Source of the DNA: Corythoichthys intestinalis
Lineage: Eukaryota
Assembly (NCBI RefSeq): GCF_030265065.1
Contig: NC_080410.1
Location: 29,826,661-29,890,660 of the forward strand
Direction of reading: 5' to 3'
DNA: 64,000 nucleotides
Shown here: positions 1 to 13,778 of the stretch, one piece after another
Layout of the letters: each line of letters opens with the position of its first letter
How positions within the stretch are numbered: the first letter of the stretch is position 1
The notes under the pieces: generated by a model
The model's database searches: none
Told to the model about the DNA's origin: nothing
Seen by the model: the letters and a program-made list of their open reading frames with translations, nothing else
Translations under genes and position numbers: made by a program

Positions 1-840
1 TGCTCAGTGGTCCAAAGTACTTTTTTCAGATGAAAGCAAATTTTGCATGTCATTCGGAAATTAAGGTGCCAGAGTTTGGAGGAAGACTGAGGAGAAGGAA
101 ATGCCAAAATGCCAGTTAGTGATGGTCTGGGTGCCATGTCAGCTGCTGGTGTTGGTCTACTGTGTTTTATCAAGGGCAGGGTCAATGCAGCTAGCCATCA
201 GGAGATTTTGGAGCATTTCATGCTTCCATCTGCTGAAAAGCTTTACGGAATTCAAGATTTCATTTTTCAGCACGACCTGGCACCTGCTCACACTGCCAAT
301 ACCACTGGTAAATGGTTTACTGACCATGGCATTGCTGTGCTCAAGTGGGCTGCCAACTCTCCTGACCTGAACCCCATAGAGAATCTATGGGATATTGTGA
401 AGAGGAAGTTGAGAGACACCAGACCCAACACTGTGGATGAGCTTAAGGCCGCTATTGAAGCATCCTGGGCCTCCATAACACCTCAGCAGAGCCACAGGCT
501 GATTGCCTCCATGCCACGCTGCACTGAAGCAGTCATTTCTGCAGAAGGATTCCCGACCAAGTATTGAGTGCATAGCTGATATAATTAATTGAAGGTTGAA
601 TTTTTTTGTATTGAATAAAACTTTTTTGTATTGGTCGGATGAAATATGCTAATTTTTTTAGATAGAGATTTTTTATTTTTCTTGACTTTTTTTGCCAAAA
701 TCATCAATATTAAAATAAAAGGCTTGAACTACTTCAGTTGTGTATAATGAATCTAAAATATATGAAAGTTTAATGTTTATCAGTACATTACAGAAAATAA
801 TGAACTTTATCACAATATGCTAATTTTTTGAGAAGGACTA
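1..840 (+). mobile_element. Tc1/mariner-like DNA transposon fragment (C-terminal transposase region plus 3' end)
   Basis: Frames in 1-567 (ORF 109-567) carry WSDESKF, HDLAPAHT and [11 protein letters not shown] motifs of the Tc1 DD34E catalytic domain. Antisense ORF 288-476 has the MGFRSG motif recurrently seen antisense to Tc1. The 5' part lies outside the window. Confidence 0.7.
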
Positions 841-841
841 G

Positions 842-2090
<1,249 letters not shown>

Positions 2091-2099
2091 ATAACATTT

Positions 2100-2270
2100 A
2101 ACGACACATTTAACAAGTCACCTCCTGCTGATATCAGGTCACTCCCTGTTGATTTGGGGACATTTCTGGGACATGTCCTGGTGATAACAGGTCACTTCTT
2201 GTTGATTTGGGGACATTTCTGAGACACGTCCTGTTGATATCAGGTCATTTCCTGTGTATTTGGGGACGTT
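2100..2270. repeat. ~56-bp tandem repeat, 3 copies, followed by a T18 run
   Basis: The unit tgatatcaggtcactccctgttgatttggggacatttctgggacatgtcctgg repeats with minor variation. Confidence 0.6.
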
Positions 2271-2289
2271 TTTTTTTTTTTTTTTAAGC

Positions 2290-2700
2290 CATTGAAAATG
2301 AATTGGAAATTTGGACGTACATGGCCATCAATAACATCGACTTACATATGCGTCAATTGAATCCAAGTGCATTGGCATCAACAGAATTGACATACATAGC
2401 CGTTAATGGCATCTGTGTACATGGGCGCCAATGTAATGTAAATGCCATTGGAAATGAATGTGAAATTTGGACGTAGATGGCCGTCAATGGCCTTGACCTA
2501 GATATGCGTCAATGGAATGCAAGTACATCGGCATCAATAGAATCAACATAGATGGCAGTCAATGGCCTCTGTCCACATTGGTGTCAAAGCAATGTAAATG
2601 CCATTGGAAATGAATGGCAAATTTAGACGTGCATGGCCGTCAATATCTATTTTTGACATTCTGGACCTCCCTTGACGGCAATAGACGTTTAATAAATTTG
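2290..2700. repeat. ~155-bp tandem (satellite-like) repeat, ~2.7 copies
   Basis: The unit gccattgaaaatgaattggaaatttggacgtacatggccatcaata...ggcgccaatgtaatgtaaat recurs at about 2290, 2446 and 2601. Confidence 0.65.
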
Positions 2701-2760
2701 GACGTCAATGAAAGTTTAAGACTGGAAACTGGAAAGTGACTGACAGCTTGATTGTTTCAG

Positions 2761-2893
2761 TCTCGTAACAGCCTGCAGCAGGGGAACGTGGACGGGGCCC
2801 GCCGCTTGGGCCGCAATGCCATGGTGCTGTCGGTGGTAGCCATCTTGGGAGGCATCGCCGTCATCGCCGCCGCCATCACACTCAACCGCGAAC
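2761..2893 (+). CDS. exon encoding the second transmembrane helix of a CD225/dispanin-family (IFITM/PRRT2-like) membrane protein
   Basis: The acceptor ttgtttcag is followed by [44 protein letters not shown]. This aligns with the IFITM-type [33 protein letters not shown] segment. The gtaggt donor at ~2894 is uncertain (see noticed_but_rejected for the ORF run-on). Upstream exons were not found in the window. Confidence 0.4.
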
Positions 2894-3885
2894 GTAGGTC
2901 TTGCTCGCTCGCCGTGCCCTGTTGTCCTTTCTCACTCTTTTTCTTTCCTGTCAGTGATTTTAAAATCAGGATAAGACGCCACTTCCTGTTCCTGCACGAC
3001 CAGCATGTGCCCGACATTCTACCGTCGACGCGGAGACCGACGGGGAAACGTCTTCTGCATGACGAAAAAAGACGCCCAGTGAGCGTTTTTCGCATTTTGA
3101 ATGTTTACAAACTGAAGCCCGTTGGTGGCGTGACGTGTGCCGAAGTCACGCCGAGGTCTCGGACCGATCTCTTGTAACTCTGCATGTTTATAATCTTTGA
3201 CCGCTGAATGCCACGTGGCCTCATTTTACGCCTCGTAAAGAGTTCTTTTCATCATCGATTGATTCAGATTTTGACTGAACAGTGAAAAAATAATTTCATA
3301 AAATAGAAATATAAATGTAATCCAATACATAAAATGTGCTGATAAGTAAAATACATTAATTATTTGAGAAAAATAGAAGCAGTGCAAAAAAAAAAAAAGT
3401 GAATTGAAAAAAATGTTTATTTTCCACAGTAAAAGCAGAATTTTTGCCAATATCGTAGTTTGAAAGACAATTCGTCTCATTTTCCTGTCGACAGGTTCAG
3501 TTTATGATGATTGGTTCATTTAAAAAACATGTTTAAAAGAAATCGAATTAAGTTTAAATGTGATTTATTTCTAACATTAATTTACAAAAATAATGAAACA
3601 TTTTACAATGAAATTAAAATAAATCCAAATTGTTTTTTAAAATTAAAACAAACTTTTTGTCACTAAGTAACCTCAAACTGAATAAATGAACAGTAATATC
3701 ATTTTTAAATCATGAGATAAAAAGTCAAAATACAATAAAAGAATGTGATTTTGTCGGAAAAAAATCCAAATGCAATAAGCAAAAACCATCAACTTCATAA
3801 TGTATTGACGGTATCATGGGGAGCTGGGCCGATAAATAGGGGGCCTGCATTGTTGGCGAGGCCGTCAAAGCTGGCCAAAAAAACC

Positions 3886-4330
3886 CGTGCAGTTAGCATT
3901 TATTTTACGTAAATATGTCGAAGTACAATGCTAGTCTGTTAGTGAATGTAGCTAGCAGCTGCCTTATGTAAACAGAGCTTTTTCAGTGAAAATTCTTGTG
4001 AATAAATGCTTAAATCCCCGAATTCTTTACAGATATGGACGTAAAACAGTCTCGATTCTTAGTTAAAAGTAAAAAAAAAAAAAACGTGCAGTTAGTATTT
4101 ATTTTACGTAAACATGTCGAAGTACAATGCTAGTCAGTTAGTGAATGTAGCTAGCGACCACCTTCTGTAAACAGAGCTTTTCCGGTGAAAATTCTTGTAA
4201 ATAAATACTTAAATCCATGAATTCTTTATAGATATGGACGTAAAACAGTCTTGATTCTTGGTTAAAAGAAAAAAAACGTGTAGTTAGCATTTATTTTACA
4301 TAAATATTGCGAACTATGATGCCAATGCAG
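3886..4330. repeat. ~195-bp tandem repeat, ~2.3 copies
   Basis: The unit cgtgcagttagcatttattttacgtaaatatgtcgaagtacaatgctagt...ggacgtaaaacagtctcgattcttagttaaaag restarts at about 3886, 4083 and 4278. Confidence 0.65.
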
Positions 4331-5639
4331 CAGCGGCTAATTTCTCCCATGGATTTTTTTTCTCTTTTCAAAAAGCATGCATGGTACGAAAAATATAATT
4401 ATTACCTTGAGTCCTCGAACAAATCACTCCTGAAACAATCCTTCCTGTTTGTATCCGTCACAGTTTTTGTACTTTTTCAACAGAAATCCGGCGTTAGATT
4501 GCTGCGTGCGTGTTTGTGAATAACTCTTGATGTCGGCGGCCCCCTACTTGAATGCGAGGCACAGTGTATGACCGATCTGACCCGTCAATACCATTATGAA
4601 GTCTATGCAAAAACCTACAAATCGTTAATCAATTCATAAATGTTTGTATAAAGGCCAAATAAAACCGGAATAATCAGCATGCAATTTTACTAACAACAAT
4701 AATGTACGCTCAGCAAACGTTAAATGCAGCCTGTCCTTGCTTCGAATAGCATGAAATCCTTCTATGACATAGTTTACTTGACGTTGACGTTTTTATCGTC
4801 AAATCTTTTTTGTTGCTTCCATTTCTTTACCTCCATTTGATTCGGAAGAAAAATCAAATCGTGAAAGCTTGACTTACGTCGTTCGACCGACATGAACGTC
4901 GTTCGACCGACATGAGATTGTTTACACTGTCGCAAACGTGGCCTGAGAATTTTTTATTTACAAAAAGAACAAAAGTCCGCTTTGTGATTTGCTCCCATTT
5001 TTACCTCGTTGGCCACCGTGGACGGCGAGAGACGTCCAAATGAATCGGATGTCCATCGCCGTCCGTGGCGGCAGAGGAGTTCCTGTTCATTTGGGCAATT
5101 CAGTCGCCACGGCAATACTGTTTGCACTCCTTTTCTATTTTTCTATTCGGCTGCTTTACTATAATGGGATGCCTGTCCGCGCATGCGCACCTTTCTAAGA
5201 TTTCAAAATAAAGCTCACTTTGACATGTGACCGCCGATTCAATCTCATTGATTCTGATCGATGACTGCGAGAGCGTCGCCACGGCAACCGTCACGGCGGG
5301 ACCGAGAGGCAGACGGACGCAGAGGCGACATCCACTGGGCTTCGCGCCAATTTCATTGCACTCCAATCAATTATTCAAGACCTCAGCAGGCTGGAAGAAA
5401 CACCAATGGAAATGGAAGAGACGAGTCTGCAGGATGAAATGGAACAAAATGGAGGAGGAAGAACGGCCTCGAGTTGCACCAAAAACGAAGAGTGCGGCAT
5501 TATGAGCATTCATTATCAAGTCCGGTCTGGCTAATCGGGAGGACCGGGACAAAACCCGGTGGGGTGACCTTACGTTTTGTCCGGAAGAGCCCGTCTTGAT
5601 ATACATTTTGGATAAAGCTGTCCATTAAATGTGTTAATA

Positions 5640-5810
5640 ATTAGGGTTGTTCCGATCATGTTTTTTTGCTCCCCATCCGATCCCGATCGTTTTAGTTTGA
5701 GTATCTCCCCGATCCTGATATTTCCCGATCCGATTGCTTTTTTTTTTTTGCTCCCGATTCAATTCCAATCATTCCCGATCATTTTTCCCGATCAAAAAAA
5801 TGAATAAAAC
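5640..5810. repeat. ccgatc-rich MITE-like interspersed repeat
   Basis: Reverse-complement copies sit at 22540-22730 and 45640-45810 (gatcggaacaa...cccgatcc motifs, A-runs). Confidence 0.5.
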
Positions 5811-6128
5811 TCGGACTAATATATATATTCAACATACAGTACAGGAGTACTGTATTTGTTTATTATGACAATAAATCCTCAAGATGGCATTTACATGATT
5901 ACTGTGAGAGGGATCCACGGATAGAAAGACTTGTAATTCTTAAAGGACAAATGTGACTTTGTATATTGTGAATAAATATTGCCATCTAGTGTATTTGTTG
6001 AGCTTTCAGTAAATGATACTGCAGCCATTCAACCCAAATCCATAATGGGAAGTGCAAACATGACTGTGCGTAGGGGCACCAATTGATATATCTTCTCTGC
6101 GTTGGGAAAGAACATAGGGTGTTAAGAA

Positions 6129-7122
6129 CAGTGTTGGGAGTAACGCCGTTATAAATAACGCCGTTATTTTTAGAGTAACGGGGTAATCTAACTAATTACT
6201 TTTTCCGCCGTTACAACGGCGTTACCGTTACTGAGGGTCAAAAGCGGTGCGTTACTTACTCTGAATAAATTGAAGAAACTACCAACCGTGTTGACTCGAC
6301 TCTCTGCTCTGTTGATTTGTCATCCAAGACTTGTAGTGCGTTCAGGTTCGAGAACAGCGCACGTACTTCTGACTCCAAGCTGTATGTCCCTGCTCATTCA
6401 ATTAGACAATGCTTTCCAAAGTTTGGTACCTTTTCTCTGTTTGCTACACCTGATGCTAGCCTCGTTCCCATCTCCCACTGTCAGCCAGCAATAATTCCGC
6501 TTCCATCTTGATGAAGGCAAACGCTTTGAAGGTGACGTGAATTGTCGGGAAACGAGCCTACCTGAATACATCCCCTCGAGAGATGCGATGGAAATGATTG
6601 TGATTGGCTGAGGGTTAGAGTCATGTGTCGTGGCAAGCCAATCAGAGCCGGTGATTTCACAAGCAAACCGGAACAGCGCGTGCGGCAAACACACACATGC
6701 AAAACATGCACAGGGTCGGGATGGCAGAGCATTCAGAAGAAAAATTGTCCCTTAAGAGGTGGAGATATAGACACTATTTCAAGTTTGTTGAAATTAAAGG
6801 AAAGAACCTGCATGTAATGTGTAATTTATGTCCCGGGGCAAAGCTTTTGTCGACATCTGTGGTAAGCAATTCAAATCTGCTGAAGCACCTAACAAGTTAA
6901 CTACCTGTCTGTTCTTCTCTATTCCACTGACTCGAATACTGCTCAGAAAATTTCAAATTCTTTGACATACAACAAGTTCTTTTTAAAGTAACGGAAATAG
7001 TTACTTTCCCTGGTAACTAGTTACTTTTACTATAGAGTAATTCAGTTACTAACTGTTACTTTTTGGAAGAAGTAGTGAGTAATATAACTAATTACTTTTT
7101 TAAAGTAACGTGCCCAACACTG
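6129..7122 (+). mobile_element. hAT-superfamily non-autonomous element with BED zinc-finger remnant
   Basis: TIR CAGTGTTGGG...CCCAACACTG. Perfect 8-bp TSD GTTAAGAA at 6121-6128 and 7123-7130. ORF 6697-6900 reads WRYRHYFKF...CNLCPGAKLLS...SNLLKHL (BED C2H2 pattern). The same family occurs inverted at 33802-35303. Confidence 0.8.
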
Positions 7123-7235
7123 GTTAAGAAAATGATCAACTACTACCTTTCTTCCCCACATTGCCTCCCACGTTAATTTTAATTGCTGAGAGAGGGAATG
7201 TAAGGCTTTAGCCAAATACAAAAAGGCTCCAAAGG

Positions 7236-7445
7236 CTGTCAAAATTATCTCTACTCATTATACGCTGCGTTTAGCTCTATATATTGGTAAAACGCCGCCT
7301 TTATAGATTGAACGCGACAATGCGTGAGTGGGTTGCGCAGCGCATGCGTTAATTATTTAACGTGATTAATTAAGAAAAAATCATTACCGCCGTTAACGCA
7401 ATAAATTTGATAGCCTACTTTAAGCCAAAACTACTCTGGATGAGT
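7236..7445 (-). repeat. truncated 5'-end fragment of the TAGGGCTGTCAAA hAT-MITE family
   Basis: It shares the cgttaacg...cacgttaaatatttaacgcaattaacgcatgcgctgc core with 21310-21530, 45005-45235 and the 5' ends of the MITEs at 24539, 30797, 59401 and 61736. Confidence 0.45.
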
Positions 7446-7526
7446 GTAAGACATTTTGTCTGTAACGTTATATACAATTAGAAAACGATTTAAATAAAAA
7501 AATATATATATATAAAAAAAAGGCAT

Positions 7527-7600
7527 GTCCGATTTTTTTGCCGATTCCGATACTTTGAAAATGACGTGATTGGGATGCCGATCGATCGGGACATCTTTAT
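7527..7600. repeat. ~75-bp palindromic mini-MITE (atgtcccgatcgatcgg core)
   Basis: Copies at 19918-19995 and 44838-44905 share gatgtcccgatcgatcgg..tttgaaaatgacgtgatcgggat..cggacatgcc. Confidence 0.45.
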
Positions 7601-7639
7601 TAATAACAGCGCTAACCAGGGATGAAAGCGACTAGAATT

Positions 7640-9060
7640 TCTTGCTGGAACTCCCTTACATAAAGGTTGGCACGGAGCCTCCATCCCAGGGGTCGCGTTA
7701 ACCGAATATTTTCCGTCGTTGACGGATTTTTTAAAACGGTGACGGAAAAAACTGAAGTCCACCTGTCATTTTGACAGGTTGCAATTCACACCCCAGACCA
7801 CAGGGTGGCGAGTGAGCATATTAATTAGCTATTGTCTCTCTTGATGCATGACATTGTTGGCCTTACTCTGAAAAATGTCAAGGCAACTGAGTGTCCGAAG
7901 TTTCTTCAAAAAGCCCCAAAACGACGATGGTGTTGATAAAACAGGGACTGCACAAGCGGGCACGCAATTTTCAAGTCCATGCGCACCAGGAGGAAGGTGT
8001 AAGACTCCGTTCAGGCCACAGCAGGTGAACTGTTAATTTCATTGTTCCATAATGTAGCCTACTTACTGGGGCCACAGTCAGCTGTTTTTGTCACTGCGGA
8101 GAAAAAGTTACATATTCATCTGCTTGATGTGTGATGGCACGGTGTGGATTCTCTGTTAAGCTTGTTCGGACAGAATATTAATTTAAAATGAATGAAAACT
8201 AAATACTATTGAATATGTTGAAGCGGTATGCAATGTTAAGAGTCTTGTTTGCTCGAATTGCTGTGTCCAGCCGCTGTAGCTCTGCTGCTCTCTGTGAACT
8301 CTCTATTCAAGCCGGTGTTGTGCCAAAAAATAGCCGCCCTGCGTGAAATGTCCCCCCTGATGGAAACGCTTATTTATAACGCTTTATTGAGCGTTTATTA
8401 GATTTATTTGTTAATTATTTTATTATTGAGCGCCCACACGTCACTCGTACAGCTTTTTCTTACCAATCGATGGACATGGAAACGATTTTCTTGTACCGTG
8501 AATATATATATTATTTTACTCTGCTTGAACTGATAAATGTCATACCTGTGTGATTGCCATTGAGATATGGTCGTGAAAACCTGTAGACTAATACATTTCT
8601 GTTCAAAGATGGGTTATGTGGCCCAGTCCACGATTTGTTACTAAAATAAAGTACTAGTATTTTGTCCAATTTATTTATTTAAAACTGATTTTACAGTCGT
8701 AAATCCATTGCTGTAATGCGTCCATGAAAACATTTGATGTTTTCACCTCAATAAAGCGTTATAAATGAGCGTTCCCGTCAGGGGGGACATTTCACGCGGG
8801 GCGGCTATTTTTCGGCACAACACCGATACGCGCGCGGCTCTTAAGTGTCTCTGTCACGTGACTGTCATAGCCGCTAACGCGCTCGGCCAAATGGACACAC
8901 AAGTACGTAAGGTGAATTATGCCAAACAAAGAGTCACCACAATGTCATTATCATCATTTAAAAAATTTAAGTGACGGGTAAGAATAGATTATGACCGGAT
9001 TTTTATGACCCTGTCAGTCAAAATGACAGACAACGAAAAAGTCTAGCGCAACCTCTGCTC
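7640..9060. repeat. ~1.4-kb interspersed repeat copy, unclassified
   Basis: Region 7660-8240 is the reverse complement of 46950-47530 and 8750-9060 is the reverse complement of 46420-46700. It contains the internal palindrome ctgtcattttgacag. Confidence 0.55.
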
Positions 9061-9494
9061 CACCCCCCCCCCTTTTTTGGGGGGGGGTTAAACCCAGTGT
9101 TGTTAATAACAGCGTTATTTTCTTCAGTAGTGAGTAATCTAATTGATTACTTTTCTCATCTTGGCAACACCGTTACAGTTACTGAGGCGGGAAAGGCGTT
9201 CGTTACTCTGCGTTACGATGTTGGTTGACTGACGCGAGAAAAGTCTGAAAAAGACGGACTCACGGTCAGTGTTGTTGATAACGGCGTTAGAATATAACGG
9301 TTTTACTAACGGCGTTATTTTTTTCAGTAATGAGTAATCAAATTAATTACTTTTCTCATCTTGGCAACGCCATTACCGTTATTGAGGCGGGAAAGGCGTG
9401 CGTTACTATTAGTGTTACACCGATACAATTTTTTTGGCCCCGATACCGATACTTGGCTGTGCAGTATCGGCCGATACCATACCGATACCACCCC

Positions 9495-9497
<3 letters not shown>

Positions 9498-9528
<31 letters not shown>
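9498..9528. repeat. (TA)n microsatellite
   Basis: tatatatatatatatatatatatatatatat. Confidence 0.9.
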
Positions 9529-9530
<2 letters not shown>

Positions 9531-10689
9531 CCCCCCCAAAGAGCTACATAATTGGATGTGAAATCATTGCTATCAAGGCTTTGTCAGGCTGTTGCTTACC
9601 TTTACAAAATAGGAAAAAGACTAGTACAAAGTATAATACTAGCCTAACAGTAAGAAAGTAAAAATAACTTCATAATAATAAACTCTGAATGAACTGAGTA
9701 AACTTTTTTAAACCTCTCAAAGGCCAAACAGTGCAACTTTCATGAAATTATTGTCACATTCTGCTACTGGTTAGATTGTGTTTTGTTGCTGGGCTGTTAG
9801 TGGGGGCGTTCCTGACGTCGCACCTGAATCCAATGCAGGCTCATCAACGCAGCACTTAAGCACGGGTGAGCTCAGAGAAGGCTGCCGAGATATTTGCTTT
9901 GCTGATCGCCATTTGACATCTCACACTATAGTCTCGTTACACTTGCTTGTTACGCCCCTGCATTGGGTTTTTTCTGTTAGTGTGCTGCACTCGTTTGTAA
10001 CCTCTACCCTGTGCAGGTATTTGAGTGTTTTTATTTTGGCTTTTTGGCTCGCTGCCTATCGTCTTAGTTAACCTTCGAGTTTGTAGTATTGAGCTCCGTC
10101 GACCTGCTGTCACAGACTCCTTTTGTTATTTCTACTGTCCCGCGATCGCGTGTTATTTTTTTGTTTGCAATCATTAAACCCTTGTACGTATCCCCCGCTT
10201 GTTGTCCGCTTCGAGGTCCAACCTTGTTTCCGCATTTGCGGACGCTAACAATTATAAGTAATAATAATTGACCACAGCATCCCGTCTCTCTATTAGCCTC
10301 CTTTTTTCAGGGGGGGGGGGGGGGGTCCCTTATTTCTATTTCTGAAAGGTGGCAACCCTACTTTGGAAACAGTTCCCAAATTACTGCAGCATTTCTTTAA
10401 GTAAAAGACAAAGTAAAGTTGACGTAGTGAACTGACCAGTGATTGTTGCACCGGTCCAGCGCCCTTCCTCTGGATAGCAGTCCTGCTCTTCCAGGCTCAA
10501 ACTCGTTGTGTTTGTTCACATTTCGTCTTCAAATGTTTTATCAGGTTCGAGGTATTGAAACTGGCTGATTTAACTCCACATCTCGAAACGTTCAGGCCGC
10601 AAATCTTGCATACAGCCATTGATTTTAATTGACGGGATTTCTATTTTGAAATATTTCCCGACCGCCGCCATGTCGGTGCCGCCAAGCGG

Positions 10690-10770
10690 CCTTGTCATTG
10701 GTCAGGAGTGGCTATTGGCCCGTTCTCATTGGTCTGGAGCAGGCCAATAGCGATAGCTGCTTGGTGTTCA
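10690..10770. promoter_or_regulatory. cluster of four CCAAT/ATTGG boxes plus CACGTG E-box (candidate NF-Y-driven promoter)
   Basis: cattggtcag, ctattggccc, cattggtctg, ggccaatagc and cacgtg lie within ~85 bp. gccgccatgtcgg sits just upstream but gives only a 26-codon ORF. Confidence 0.3.
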
Positions 10771-10974
10771 CGTGTCATCACACAACACAGAGACAGAGTG
10801 TAGTGAGCGCCAGGAGAAAAAAAAAAGGCTGCGGTCAAATGTTATAATAATGGAACGGTAAATGGTATCGGCGCCGTCTTTGTTGGTACTCGCCGATACC
10901 GATACCACCATTTCGGGCTGGATCAGCGCCCCCCTGCCGATACTAGTATCGGTATCGGTGCATCTTTAGTTACT

Positions 10975-11650
10975 ATGCGTTACTAAGTTGGTTGAATAAA
11001 AAAAGTGAGAGAGACGGACTCACGGAGACGAGAGAGCAGAGCAGGAGTGGGGAAGGCGCCGTTGCAAACGCAATGCTAGGTGGCTCCAGCCTCCAATAAT
11101 ACCTGACTGTAGCCATAGCCTACAAACTACGCCCACATGATATCACATAGTAATCACGTGGATATCACATATTATAGAACTAGATGCAAATGACAGACAC
11201 TGCTGCATTGGCAACATGTTTTAAGGACTACATGTGTTAGTAAACAGCCGCCATCTTAAAGCAGTAGACCTCTCAGGAAGGCTCTGATGTAGAGATCCTC
11301 CTAGCGAACCTAAGTACCTTTTTTTTTTTTTAAATCTAAAATGCTCCTAAATCGGCAAAATCTTGACTTAAATCTATCTTTAAATGATGAAACAGTTTTA
11401 AAACTTACACATGTTGAAAGTAGACAGAAGGGACCTAAAGCAATAACGGGAGCAATTTTAACAACTTTAACGGTTGATTCACAACTTTAAATGACTTCCA
11501 CACATAGCAAAGGTTACTATCTAGTTATCGCAATACCCTTGTGTCTAGTTAAGTGAAGGGGAAAGAATTGGGCTAGGGCCAATTGTCCCCAAAACCCTTT
11601 AAACTTCACATTGAATGACCTTCGAAGTGACTCTTCGTGTGCCTGGCGTT
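10975..11650 (+). repeat. ~700-bp unclassified interspersed repeat (family with gccgccatcttaaagcagtagac core)
   Basis: Near-full copies at 41210-41880 (+) and 56230-56930 (-). Partial copies at 27560-27840 and 61100-61480. Confidence 0.55.
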
Positions 11651-12710
11651 CTAATTTTCCACCCCATCAGAAATTGCAACTTTGTGTTAAAAATGGCCGC
11701 GAATACAGCGATTACAAAGTAAACACTACAAACCGTCTTTAAATAAAGGACTATTTACTTACGTTTGATCATGGATGGACATGTAGAAGAGTTCTCCTCA
11801 GACACATCCTGCCAGGTTAGCTGCACAACAACTGCACGCTGCTCTCTCACCGTTTACGTCTTCGCCATGTAGTTAAGCATTAATTTATGCCATATTTGTG
11901 TTGACCATGTGGACGCTACACACTCCTCCAACGTTGTGGTCAAATCGTGAAGAGACATGTGGATCAAGTCAGCACTAGACTTCCTGATCCGGATCTTCAC
12001 CTCGAGAAAGAAGGAAGCTTGCAATTGTTTCCTGACAGCCAGATGAAGGCGTGTCGAAGCAACAAAAACCTAGCCTTGAGCTGAAGGAACTTCAGGTATG
12101 TCCAGAGAAGGATGCCGAGATACCCCCATTCACCAGACCAGTTGGTGAGACGATCTACAAGGATGAGACTTCCGCCAAAGTACCTCCAAGACTTTGTTGA
12201 AGGGGGGAAAAAAAAAAAAAAAAAAATTTGAGTATATTGTTTGCTTGTTACTTTGAAAGGAGTAACAAATGTGCACATTAAAATAGTTGTACTTCAATTC
12301 AAATAATTTTGAGTACAGAAGGTACACATACAGATCAAGCCAAAAAAAAACATTTTCAGGTGTCAGGATGATTATCAGATTTTTCACATTGTGAGCATTA
12401 GTAAAATAGTACATTAAAGTCCTTCAATTCAAATGATTGACTTTATTAGACTTTGGCCTTCACTTCAAATGGTTGGATTTAAGACTTTTATAAGGCTGAA
12501 ATGATTTTGTGTCTGGCTGATCAGATTTTGGCCTTCAGTTCAAATGGTTGGATTTAAGACTTTTTGAAATGGCTGAAATGGAGTGATTTTATGAATAGAG
12601 TTAGGTATAAACAAGCAGTTTTAAAAAAGAAAATACGACTTAACTAAAAAATGCACAATGTCAATAACAAAAAATTGGTTGTTCAAACCCAAGCAAACGA
12701 CACACATGCG

Positions 12711-12729
12711 TTTATTTGCATATTTTATT
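12711..12729 (-). terminator. mvp: mvp polyadenylation signals (two AATAAA hexamers, minus strand)
   Basis: tttatt at 12711-12716 and 12724-12729 on the plus strand, about 145-160 nt downstream of the TGA stop at 12872-12874. Confidence 0.5.
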
Positions 12730-12871
12730 GAGTTCCTTCACACAGACAGAAAGTGCAAGCAGTGTACCACAGATGGAGAGCTTCTTTAAAATTTTGGGTA
12801 CATTAGCAGAAATGTCAGTCATTTCTTGGCTATTTTGCTGACTGGTTTCCGAAGAGTTTCTGCATCCGGTG

Positions 12872-13057
<186 letters not shown>

Positions 13058-13778
13058 CTAGAACAGTCTCATAATAAACATGCACACACATTTTTGGATT
13101 TATAAACACATCTGACACAAAGACAATTCACACACACATTGGATGAATGCGCATTTTGTGTCAGTTGTGGTTATAAATCCCAAAGTTTGTGGGCTTCTTG
13201 TCAGATGTGTGCAAGTTCATTCTACTTTATTTTTCATGTGCTTTAAAGACACCACATGATTGAACAGGCTGGCGTGAAGCTAGAATGGCAAGCTTGCATC
13301 TGATTGGCATCATATGATTGTTGCGACGTCTCATTGGTGAAATCAGTAGAGCTACCCCGGTAATACAGGAGGCACGTCTCAATTCTTGGTATCGCTAGCA
13401 AAAAAAAAATCTAATATGTTGAATAAAAGCGGAAAAATGTAACGACTCTTGTGTAGCCCAACGTAGCGGTGTTGTTGTTTTTTTCTCCACAGATCTACTC
13501 AAAAAGTAATGTTTAGTAAAACTAATCTTAGAAGTAATTTCGTCTTAAAAAGTTATTCAAATAAACATAACTGAGTACATGTAACATTACTACACACCTC
13601 TGTACATAAATATACATATGTACACACATATTAGGGGTGTGCCATATTAGGCACCCCACGATTCGATTACGATTCAGGGTGCTACGATTTGATTATTGAA
13701 CGATGATCACGATATTGGCGATGATCACGGTTGTTGCGATTATCGATGCATCATACACTACTAATTAATACAGTAGCC

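Noticed and set aside
2894-3177. Continuation of the 141-aa ORF past the CD225-like exon ([21 protein letters not shown]...).
   Set aside because: It has low-complexity composition and no CD225 similarity. A strong gtaggt donor sits right at the end of the conserved helix. It is more likely intron than coding.
2290-4330. Regularly spaced direct repeats that could look like a CRISPR-type array.
   Set aside because: The units are 155-195 bp with no short unique spacers between them. They are contiguous tandem duplications in a eukaryotic, intron-containing context with no adjacent cas-like ORFs. These are satellite or tandem repeats, not CRISPR.
9330-9661. Cluster of overlapping short ORFs around the (TA)n microsatellite and the tatcggtatcgg repeats.
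   Set aside because: These are produced by simple-sequence and dispersed-repeat composition. Copies of the same repeat lie at 10850-10960, 23160-23300 and 24350-24470. There is no coding signal.
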